DNA from: Mayamaea pseudoterrestris
Lineage: Eukaryota
Length of the DNA stretch: 64,000 nucleotides
Direction: 5' to 3'
Assembly (NCBI GenBank): GCA_027923505.1
Contig: BROI01000018.1
Coordinates: forward strand, 434,001 to 498,000
Under the pieces are notes generated by a model. It worked only from the letters and a program-made list of their open reading frames with translations, made no database searches and was not told the DNA's origin. Positions 24,601-36,269 of the stretch are shown in pieces. Both the position numbers and the translations under genes were made by a program. The first letter of the stretch is position 1; each line of letters begins with the position of its first letter.

Positions 24601-26385
24601 TAGGGGCGTTTGAATGTCATGGCATCTGTGGGCTGAGACTGGTGACAAGTTGTCACCAAATACATTGCCATCCCCTGAGACACCAGCCAAGCCTACCATC
24701 TTGTAGCGCAGCCACAAAAATGATGTTGGCACCATTCTGGTGTAATTTGGGCACCTACAGGGCTTGCTGTAGGGGCGTTTGAATGTCATGGCATCTGCAG
24801 GCTGAGACTGGTGACAAGTTGTCACCAAATACATTGCCATACCCTGAGACACCAGCCAAACCTACCATCTTGTAGCGCAGCCACAAAAATGATGTTGGCA
24901 CCATTCTGGTGTAATCTGGGCAACTACAGGGCTTGATGTAGGGGCGTTTGAATGTCATGGCATCTGCGGGCTGAGACTGGTGACAAGTTGTCACCAAATA
25001 CATTGCCATCCCCTGAGACACCAGCTAGGCCTACCATCTTGTAGCGCAGCCTGAATAATGATGTTGGCACCATTCTGGTGTAATTTGGGCAACTACAGGG
25101 CTTGCTGTAGGGGCGTTTGAATGTCATGGCATCTGCGGGCTGAGACTGGTGACAAGTTGTCACCAAATACATTGCCATCCCCTGAGACACCAGCTAGGCC
25201 TACCATCTTGTAGCGCAGCCTGAATAATGATGTTGGCACCATTCTGGTGTAATTTGGGCACCTACAGGGCTTGCTGTAGGGGCGTTTGAATGTCATGGCA
25301 CCTGTGGGCTGAGACTGGTGACAAGTTGTCACCAAATACATTGCCATCCCCTGAGACACCAGCCAAGCCTACCATCTTGTAGCGCAGCCTGAATAATGAT
25401 GTTGGCACCATTCTGGTGTAATTTGGGCACCTACAGGGCTTGCTGTAGGGGCGTTTGAATGTCATGGCATCTGCGGGCTGAGACTGGTGACAAGTTGTCA
25501 CCAAATACATTGCCATCCCCTGAGACACCAGCCAAGCCTACCATCTTGTAGCGCAGCCTGAATAATGATGTTGGCACCATTCTGGTGTAATTTGGGCACC
25601 TACAGGGCTTGCTGTAGGGGCGTTTGAATGGCATGGCACCTGTGGGCTGAGACTGGTGACAAGTTGTCACCAAATACATTGCCATCCCCTGAGACACCAG
25701 CCAAGCCTACCATCTTGTAGCGCAGCCTGAATAATGATGTTGGCACCATTCTGGTGTAATTTGGGCACCTACAGGGCTTGCTGTAGGGGCGTTTGAATGT
25801 CATGGCACCTGTGGGCTGAGACTGGTGACAAGTTGTCACCAAATACATTGCCATCCCCTGAGACACCAGCCAAGCCTACCATCTTGTAGCGCAGCCTGAA
25901 TAATGATGTTGGCACCATTCTGGTGTAATTTGGGCTCCTACAGGGCTTGCTGTAGGGGCGTTTTGATGGCATGGCACCTGTGGGCTGACTGAGACTGGTG
26001 ACAAGTTGTCACGAAATACATTGCCATCCCCTGAGACACCAGCCAAGCCTACCATCTTGTAGCGCAGCCTGAATAATGATGTTGGCACCATTCTGGTGTA
26101 ATTTGGGCACCTACAGGGCTTGCTGTAGGGGCGTTTGAATGTCATGGCACCTGTGGGCTGAGACTGGTGACAAGTTGTCACCAAATACATTGCCATCCCC
26201 TGAGACACCAGCTAGGCCTACCATCCTGTAGCGCAGCCAAAATAATGATGTTGGCACCATTCTGATGTAATTTGGGCACCTACAGGGCTTGCTGTAGGGG
26301 CGTTTGAATGTCATGGCATCTGCGGGCTGAGACTGGTGACAAGTTGTCACCAAATACATTGCCATCCCCTGAGACGCCAGCCAAG

Positions 26386-26714
26386 TGACACGATAATATC
26401 AGACGAACCTTTATTCCAGCGACTACAATGGACTAGGAGCGATCAACCTCTTCGTCCAGCGTAAAGCAAACAAACAAACTCAATTGCTAGAATAGTGCAT
26501 GTTACTCGCTACTCTACTCGTGCGCTTCTTTCTCATTCTCACTGGGTTCACGGTCGAGGTTCACGCCTCGATCGTCAGCGATTTCACTCATGTATGTGAG
26601 GATTCGGTCACAAGTGTGACTCAACCCTGCACAGGATTAAATGCATACAAAACACAGGTAGCTAACCGTCTTGTCATAAGACGCAGGTCAACTCAACTCA
26701 ATAATATTGTGTCA
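26386..26714 (-). repeat. 3' LTR of the Copia element
   Basis: Begins TGACACGATAAT, ends ATATTGTGTCA (imperfect terminal inverted repeat); preceded on the minus strand by purine tract AAGGGGGA (26715-26722). Confidence 0.92.
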
Positions 26715-26725
26715 TCCCCCTTGAT

Positions 26726-27065
26726 CTAGGCTTGTGACAACGATCGGTTTGCCGTATCACCCTTCCAGAAAAGAATCGGAATGATCAGGGGTCGGAACGT
26801 GGCATGCGGCAAGAACTTGGTAAGAACGTCGGCGACGTTCTGCTTGCCGAAGATGTGCTCAAAGTACAGAACATTGCTTGCAATGGCCTCGCGAACTCGG
26901 TGGTAGGCGAGCGCATTGTGTCGCTTAGAAAGTGTGGAGTGTGGGATCGTTGACGACTTCTTGACACTTTCGTTGTCGCCGGAAATCCAGGCTGGTCCAC
27001 TCAAAGGAACTCCCAACATGCGTGGGAGTATCGGAAATCCATAATCTGTTCAAGCGGTCTTGGCT
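26726..27065 (-). pseudogene. pol: Copia pol fragment (RNase H C-terminus)
   Basis: ..EQIMD.RY..RMLGVPLSGPAWISGDNESV..STLSKRHNALAYHRVREAIA..NVADVLTK; frameshifted upstream of 27019. Confidence 0.9.
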
Positions 27066-29085
27066 CAGCCTGAATAATGGATCTTCGGAACCAATCTGAA
27101 GACAATTTTAGGCACCTACAGGCTTGCTGTAGGGGTGTTTTGAATGTCACATCTGCTCGCTGAAACTGGTGACAATTGTCACCAAAACGTGCCATCTGAT
27201 ACACCAGCTAGGCATACTTTCATCCTGTAGCGCAGCTGAAATAATGATTTGGCACAAGTTGAAACTACAGCTTGCTGTAGGGACGTTGATCCATCTGCGG
27301 GCTGAGACTGGTGACAAGTTGTCACCAAATACATTGCCATCCCCTGAAACACCAGCTAGGCATACCATCTTGTAGCGCAGCCGGAATAATGATGTTGGCA
27401 CCATTCTTGTGTAATTGGGGCGCCTACAGGGCTTGCTGAGCGTTTGAGATATCACGGCATCTGCGGGCTGAGACTGGTGACAAGTTGTCACTGGCATCTG
27501 CAGACTGAGTGATAAGTTGTCACCAAATGCCATGAGACACCAACCAAGCCTACCATCTTGCAGCGCAGCGTCGGAATTATGATGTTGGCACCATTCTGAG
27601 TATAATTTGAGCACCTACAGGGCTTGCTGTGGGGGCATTTGAATGTCATAGCATCGAGCTGAACTGGTGACAAGTTGTCACCAAATACATTGCCATCCAT
27701 GAACATCAATAAGCCCTACCATCTTACCTTGGCGCAGCCCTAAGTAGTCTTGGGACCATGACGAACACGTGAATCTCGTACACGCAACTGGTGACAGAGA
27801 TTGTCACCAAATGCATTTGCCATCCCCTGAGACACCAACCAAGACCTACCATCCTGTAAGCACCAGCAATATAATAATAATCTTGCTTCCATGCTGGTAT
27901 AATTTGAGGCACCACAGCTTGCTGTAAGGGCGTTTGAATATCATGGCATCCTACGGCTGAGACTGGTGACAAGTTGTCACCAATACATTGCCATCTAAGA
28001 GACACCAAACAAAGCCTACCATCTTATGGCGCAGCCCAAAAATGATGTTGTCACCAACTGTGTGTAATCATTTCTACAGGCTTGCTGTATAGGCGTTTGA
28101 GATATCTGGCATCTGCAGCTGAGACTGAAGTGACAAGTTTCACCAAATACTTGCCACCTCCTGAGACCTGCCACCCTGTTTTCATTGTCTGGGTTTTTTG
28201 GGTCAGAAGTTCGGCTTACTCACACACTTTTGGCTTTTTTACCTCAAACGCATTGCCTTGGCGTCTCGGGCTTCGGACTGGTAGTTGTCACCAACTACAT
28301 TGCTCCTTAAACAGCCGCCTACCTCTTGTAGCAGCTAGAATTAATGGATGTTGGCACGTTTTGTATCTATTTTGGTTCGGGGGGGCATGTTATTGCTGGG
28401 GCATTTGAATGTCATGGGGCATCCTGCGGGGCTTTGGATTGGTGATGAAGTTGTCACCAAACTATTGCCATCCTGAGACACCAGCCAAGCCTACCATCCT
28501 GTAGCGCCGCTGGAATAATGATGTTGTCCCATTCTGGTGTACTTTGGGCTTCTCAGAGGGCTTGGCTGTAGGGGCGTTGGAATGTCATAACGGCATCTGC
28601 GCTGAGACTGGTGACAAGTTGTCACCAAAACATTGCCATCCCCTGAGGACACCAGCCAAGCCATACCTCCTGTAGTGTGCTCGGGAATAAAGAGTGTTGG
28701 CACCATTCTGGTGTAATTTGGGCACCTGCAGGGCTTGCATGTAGGGGCGTTTGCCAATCTCAAGCATCTGGGTGAGAGTGGTGGTTACATTCCAAAACAA
28801 GAACGCTTCTTGGATGTCTCGTCCAAAACGTTCGTGCAGAGAAGCTGCAAAGCTTCCGCATAATTCGAACCATGATATGAATACCTCGCTTCCGCAAGTC
28901 CTCTCACACAACAACCGCTCTCAATGCAGTCGAGCCTTATACGATCCTGTTCTCGCGCTCGTGCCAAGTATTCGGATTGCGACGCCGCCAAGGAATCTGC
29001 TCTTTCTCTCTCAATTTCTCGATTCTTTCACTCTCTCTTTCGCACAGCTCTCTCGGGTCAAGACAAGCTAGCAAGACTGTTAATC

Positions 29086-29412
29086 TGACACGATAATTCA
29101 GACAAACCTTTATTCCAGCGACTACATGGACTCCGGAGCGATCAACCTCTTCGTCCGCGTAAAGCAAACAAACAAACTCAATTGCTAGAATAGTGCATGT
29201 TACTCGCTACTCTACTCGTGCGCTTCTTTCTCGTTCTCACTGGGTTCACGGTCGAGGTTCACGCCTCGATCGTCAGCGATTTCACTCATGTATGTGAGGA
29301 TTCGGTCACAAGTGTGACTCAACCCTGCACAGGATTAAATGCATACAAAACACAGGTAGCTAACCGTCTTGTCATAAGACGCAGGTCAACTCAACTCAAT
29401 AATATTGTGTCA
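29086..29412 (-). repeat. 5' LTR of the Copia element
   Basis: Near-identical copy of 26386-26714; followed on the minus strand by the putative PBS GATTAACAGTCTTGC. Confidence 0.92.
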
Positions 29413-32400
29413 CCAAGCCTACCATCCTATAGCGCAGCCTGAATAATGATGTTGGCACCATTCTGGTGTAATTTGGGCACCTACAGGGCTTGCTGTAGGG
29501 GCATTTGAATGTCATGGCATCTGCGGGCTGAGACTGGTGACAAGTTGTCACCAAATACATTGCCATCCCCTGAGACACCAGCCAAGCTTACCATCTTGTA
29601 GCGCAGCCTAAATAATGATGTTGGCACCATTCTGGTGTAATTTGGGCACCTACAGGGCTTGCTGTAGGTGTGTCTGAATGTCATGGCATCTGTGGGCTGA
29701 GACTGGTGACAAGTTGTCACCAAATACATTGCCATCCCCTGAGACACCAGCCAAGCTTACCATCTTGTAGCGCAGCCTGAATAATGATGTTGGCACCATT
29801 CTGGTGTATTTGGGCACCTACAGGGCTTGCTGTAGGGGTGTTTGAATGTCATGGCATCTGCGGGCTGAGACTGGTGACAAGTTGTCACCAAATACATTGC
29901 CATCCCCTGAGACACCAGCCAAGCTTACCATCTTGTAGCGCAGCCTCAAAAATGATGTTGGCACCATTCTGGTGTAATTTGGGCACCTACAGGGCTTGCT
30001 GTAGGTGTGTCTGAATGTCATGGCATCTGCGGGCTGAGACTGGTGACAAGTTGTCACCAAATACATTGCCATCCCCTGAGACACCAGCCAAGCTTACCAT
30101 CTTGTAGCGCAGCCTAAATAATGATGTTGGCACCATTCTGGTGTAATTTGGGCACCTACAGGGCTTGCTGTAGGGGCGTTTGAATGTCATGGCATCTGCG
30201 GGCTGAGACTGGTGACAAGTTGTCACCAAATACATTGCCATCCCCTGAGACACCAGCCCAGCCTCTTCGCAGCCTGAATAATGATGTTGGCACCATTCTG
30301 GTGTAATTTGGGCACCTAGGGCTTGTGTAGGGCGTTTGAATGTCATCATGCGTGGGCTGAGACTGGTGACAAGTTGTCACCAAATACATTGCCATCCCCT
30401 GAGACACCAGCCAAGCTTACCGTCTTGTAGCGCAGCCTGAATAATGATGTTGGCACCATTCTGCTGTAATTTGGGCACCTACAGGGCTTGTGGTGTGATT
30501 TGAATGTCATGGCATCTGCGGGCTGAGACTGGTGACAAGTTGTCACCAAATACATTGCCATCCCCTGAGACACCAGCCAAGCTTACCATCTTGTAGCGCA
30601 GCCTCAATAATGATGTTGGCACCATTCTGGTGTAATTTGGGCACCTACAGGGCCTGCTGTAGGGGCGTTTGAATGTCATGGCATCTGTGGGCTGAGACTG
30701 GTGACAAGTTGTCACCAAATACATTGCCATCCCCTGAGACACCAGCTAGGCCTACCATCTTGTAGCGCAGCCTGAATAATGATGTTGGCACCATTCTGAT
30801 GTAATTTGGGCACCTACAGGGCTTGCTGTAGGGGTGTTTAAATGTCATGGCATCTGCGGGCTGAGACTGGTAACAAGTTGTCACCAAATACATTGCCATC
30901 CCCTGAGACGCCAGCCAAACTTACCATTTTGCAGCGCAGCCAATACAATGATGTTGGCACCATTCTGGTGTCATTTTGGCAACTACAGGGCTTGCTGTCG
31001 GGGCATTTGAATGTCATGGCATCTGCAGGCTGAGACTGGTGACAAGTTGTCACCAAATACATTGCCATCCCCTAAGACACCAGCCAAGCCTACCATCTTG
31101 TAGCGCAGCCTCAAGAATATGTTGGCACCATTCTGGTGTAATTTGGGCACCTACAGGGCTTGCTGTAGGGGTGTTTGAATGTCATGGCATCTGCGGGCTG
31201 AGACTGGTGACAAGTTGTCACCAAATACATTGCCATCCCCTGAGACACCAGCCAAGCCTACCATCTTGTAGCGCAGCCTGAATAATGATGTTGGCACCAT
31301 TCTGATGTAATTTGGGCACCTACAGGGCTTGCTGTAGGGGCGTTTGCATGTCATGGCATCTGCGGGCTGAGACTGGTGACAAGTTGTCACCAAATACATT
31401 GCCATCCCCTGAGACACCAGCCAAGCCAACCATCTTGTAGCGCAGCCTGAATAATGATGTTGGCACCATTCTGGTGTCATTTGGGCAACTACAGGTCTTG
31501 CTGTAGGGGCGTTTGCATGTCTTGGCATCTGCGGGCTGAGACTGGTGACAAGTTGTCACCAAATACATTGCCATCCCCTGAGACACCAGCCAAGCCTACC
31601 ATCTTGTAGCGCAGCCTGAATAATGATGTTGGCACCATTCTGGTGTAATTTGGGCACCTACAGGGCTTGCTGTAGGGGCGTTTGAATGTCATGGCATCTG
31701 CGGGCTGAGACTGGTGACAAGTTGTCACCAAATACATTGCCATCCCCTGAGACACCAGCCAAGCCTACCATCTTGTAGCGCAGCCTGAATAATGATGTTG
31801 GCACCATTCTGGTGTAATTTGGGCACCTACAGGGCTTGCTGTAGGGGCGTTTGAATGTCGTGGCATCTGCGGGCTGAGACTGGTGACAAGTTGTCACCAA
31901 ATACATTGCCATCCCCTGAGACACCAGCCAAGCCTACCATCTTGTAGCGCAGCCTGAATAATGATGTTGGCACCATTCTGGTGTAATTTGGGCACCTACA
32001 GGGCCTGCTGTAGGGCGTTTGAATGTCATGGCATCTGCGGGCTGAGACTGGTGACAAGTTGTCACCAAATACATTGCCATCCCCTGAGACACCAGCCAAG
32101 CTTACCATCTTGTAGCGCAGCCTGAATAATGATGTTGGCACCATTCTGGTGTGTTTGGGTTGGGCTTGCTGTAGGGGCGTTTGAATGTCATGGCACCTGT
32201 GGGCTGAGACTGGTGACAAGTTGTCACCAAATACATTGCCATCCCCTGAGACACCAGCCAAGCCTACCATCCTGTAGCGCAGCCTGAATAATGATGTTGG
32301 CACCATTCTGGTGTAATTTGGGCAACTACAGGGCTTGCTGTAGGGGCGTTTGAATGTCATGGCATCTGCGGGCTGAGACTGGTGACAAGTTGTCACCAAA

Positions 32401-35400
32401 TACATTGCCATCCCCTGAGACACCAGCCAAGCCTACCATCTTGTAGCGCAGCCTGAATAATGATGTTGGCACCATTCTGGTGTAATTTGGGCACCTACAG
32501 GGCTTGCTGTAGGGGCGTTTGAATGTCACGGCATCTGTGGGCTGAGACTGGTGACAAGTTGTCACCAAATACATTGCCATCCCCTGAGACACCAGCCAAG
32601 CCTACCATCTTGTAGCGCAGCCTGAATAATGATGTTGGCACCATTCTGGTGTAATTTGGGCACCTACAGGGCTTGCTGTAGGGGCGTTTGAATGTCATGG
32701 CATCTGTGGGCTGAGACTGGTGACAAGTTGTCACCAAATACATTGCCATCCCCTGAGACACCAGCCAAGCCTACCATCTTGTAGCGCAGCCTGAATAATG
32801 ATGTTGGCACCATTCTGGTGTAATTTGGGCACCTACAGGGCCTGCTGTAGGGGCGTTTGAATGTCATGGCATCCGCGGGCTGAGACTGGTGACAAGTTGT
32901 CACCAAATACATTGCCATCCCCTGAGACACCAGCCAAGCCTACCATCTTGTAGCGCAGCCTGAATAGAGATGTTGGCACCATTCTGGTGATAATTTGGGC
33001 ACCTACAGGGCTTGCTGTGGGGCGTTTGAATGTCATGGCATCTGCGGGCGGAGACTGGTGACAAGTTGTCACCAAATACATTGCCATCCCCTGAGACACC
33101 AGCCAAGCTTACCATCTTGTAGCGCAGCCTGAATAATGATGTTGGCACCATTCTGGTGTAATTTGGGCACCTACAGGGCTTGCTGTAGGGGCGTTTGAAT
33201 GTCATGGCATCTGCGGGCTGAGACTGGTGACAAGTTGTCACCAAATACATTGCCATCCCCTGAGACACCAGCCAAGCCTACCATCTTGTAGCGCAGCCTC
33301 AATAATGATGTTGGCACCATTCTGGTGTAATTTGGGCACCTACAGGGCTTGCTGTAGGGGCGTTTGAATGTCATGGCATCTGCGGGCTGAGACTGGTGAC
33401 AAGTTGTCACCAAATACATTGCCATCCCCTGAGACGCCAGCCAAGCTTACCATCCTGTAGCGCCGCCTGAATAATGATGTTGGCACCATTCTGGTGTAAT
33501 TTGGGCACCTACAGGGCTTGCTGTAGGGGTGTTTGAATGTCATGGCATCTGCGGGCTGAGACTGGTGACAAGTTGTCCAAATACATTGCCATCCCCTGAG
33601 ACACCAGCCAAGCACCACTTGTAGCGCAGCCTGAATAATGATGTTGGCACCATTCTGGTGTAATTTGGGCACCTACAGGGCTTGCTGTAGGGGCGTTTGA
33701 ATGTCATGGCAACTGTCGGCTGAGACTGGTGACAAGTTGTCACCAAATACATTGCCATCCCCTTAGACACCAGCCAAGCCTACCATCTTGTAGCGCAGCC
33801 TGAATAATGATGTTGGCACCATTCTGGTGTAATTTGGGCACCTACAGGGCTTGCTGTAGGGGCGTTTGAATGGCATGGCACGTGTGGGCTGAGACTGGTG
33901 ACAAGTTGTCACCAAATACATTGCCATCCCCTGAGACACCAGCCAAGCCTACCATCTTGTAGCGCAGCCTGAATAATGATGTTGGCACCATTCTGGTGTA
34001 TTTTGGGCACCTACAGGGCTTGCTGTAGGGGCGTTTGAGTGTCATGGCATCTGCGGGCTGAGACTGGTGACAAGTTGTCACCAAATACATTGCCATCCCC
34101 TGAGACACCCGCCAAGTCTACCATCTTGTAGCGCAGCCTGAATAATGATGTTGGCACTATTCTGGTGTAATTTGGGCACCTACAGGGGGTGTTTGGATGT
34201 CATGGCATCTGCGGGCTGAGATTGGTGACAAGTTGTCACCAAATACATTGCCATCCCCTGAGACACCAGCCAAGCCTACCATCTTGTAGCGCAGCCTGAA
34301 TAATGATGTTGGCACCATTCTGGTGTAATTTGGGCACCTACAAGGCTTGCTATAGGGCGTTTGAATGTCATGGCATCTGTGGGCTGAGACTGGTGACAAG
34401 TTGTCACCAAATACATTGCCATCCCCTGAGACACCAGCCAAGCTTACCATCTTGTAGCGCAGCCTGAAAAATGATGTTGGCACCATTCTGGTGTAATTTG
34501 GGCACCTACAGGGCTTGCTGTAGGGGCGTTTGAATGTCATGGCATCTGCGGGCTGAGACTGGTGACAAGTTGTCACCAAATACATTGCCATCCCCTGAGA
34601 CACCAGCCAAGCCTACCATCTTGTAGCGCAGCCTAAATAATGATGTTGGCACCATTCTGGTGTAATTTGGGCACCTACAGGGCCTGCTGTAGGGGGGTTG
34701 AATGTCATGGCATCTGCGGCTGAGACTGGTGACAAGTTGTCACCAAATACATTGCCATCCCCTGAGACACCAGCCAAGCTTACCATCTTGTAGCGCAGCC
34801 TAAATAATGATGTTGGCACCATTCTGGTGTCATTTGGGCACCTACAGGGCTTGCTGTAGGGGCATTTGAATGTCATGGCATCTGTGGGCTGAGACTGGTG
34901 ACAAGTTGTCACCAAATACATTGCCATCCCCTGAGACACCAGCCAAGCCTTCCATCTTGTAGCGCAGCCAGAATAATGATGTTGGTACCATTCTGTTGTA
35001 ATTTGGGCAACTACAGGGCTTGCTGTAGGGGCGTTTGAATGTCATGGCATCTGCGGGCTGAGACTGGTGACAAGTTGTCACCAAATACATTGCCATCCCC
35101 TGAGACACCAGCCAAGCCTACCATCTTGTAGCGCAGCGTGAATAATGATGTTGGCACCATTCTGATGTAATTTGGGCACCTACAGGGCCTGCTGTAGGGG
35201 GGTTGAATGTCATGGCATCTGCGGGCTGAGACTGGTGACAAGTTGTCACCAAATACATTGCCATCCCCTGAGACACCAGCCAAGCTTACCATCTTGTAGC
35301 GCAGCCTGAATAATGATGTTGGCACCATTCTGGTGTAATTTGGGCACCTACAGGGCTTGCTGTAGGGGTGTTTGAATGTCATGGCATCTGCGGGCTGAGA

Positions 35401-36245
35401 CTGGTGACAAGTTGTCACCAAATACATTGCCATCCCCTGAGACACCAGCCAAGCTTACCATCTTGTAGCGCAGCCTGAATAATGATGTTGGCACCATTCT
35501 GGTGTAATTTGGGCAACTACAGGGCTTGCTGTAGGGGCGTTTGAATGTCATGGCATCTGCGGGCTTAGACTGGTGACAAGTTGTCACCAAATACATTGCC
35601 ATCCCCTGAGACACCAGCCAAGCCTACCATCTTGTAGCGCAGCCTGAATAATGATGTTGGCACCATTCTGATGTAATTTGGGCACCTACAGGGCTTGCTG
35701 TAGGGGCGTTTGAATGTCATGGCATCTGCGGGCTGAGACTGGTGACAAGTTGTCACCAAATACATTGCCATCCCCTGAGACGCCAGCCAAGCCTACCATC
35801 TTGTAGCGCAGCCTGAATAATGATGTTGGCACCATTCTGGTGTAATTTGGGCACCTACAGGGCTTGCTGTAGGGCGTTTGAATGTCATGGCATCTGCGGG
35901 CTGAGACTGGTGACAAGTTGTCACCAAATACATTGCCATCCCCTGAGACACCAGCCAAGCTTACCATCTTGTAGCGCAGCCTGAATAATGATGTTGGCAC
36001 CATTCTGGTGTAATTTGGGCACCTACAGGGCTTGCTGTAGGGGCGTTTGAATGGCATGGCACCGTTGGGCTGATGCTGAGACTGGTGAAAAGTTGTCACC
36101 AAATACATTGCCATACCCTGAGACACCAGCCAAGCCTACCATCTTGTAGCGCAGACTAAATAATGATGTTGGCACCATTCTGGTGTAATTTGGGCACCTA
36201 CAGGGGTTGTGGGGCGGGCTGAGACCTTAAAGTTGGCAGCTTCGG

Positions 36246-36269
36246 GGTTCGTCTGATATTATCGTGTCA
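36246..36269 (+). mobile_element. 24-bp terminal fragment of the same LTR in opposite orientation
   Basis: GGTTCGTCTGATATTATCGTGTCA is the exact reverse complement of 26386-26409 and joins directly to satellite GCGTTTGAAT. Confidence 0.8.

Larger units (their letters stand above)
26386..29412 (-). mobile_element. Ty1/Copia (CoDi-like) LTR retrotransposon inserted in the satellite; interior mostly missing or garbled
   Basis: Two near-identical ~330-bp LTRs with TG..CA ends; 5-bp TSD CCAAG at 26381-26385 and 29413-29417 with satellite register continuing; PPT; RNase H C-terminus. Confidence 0.93.

Noticed and set aside
26499..26729. 76-81-aa ORFs MLLATLLVRFF.. (also 29197-29442)
   Set aside because: Lie within the LTRs, antisense to the element
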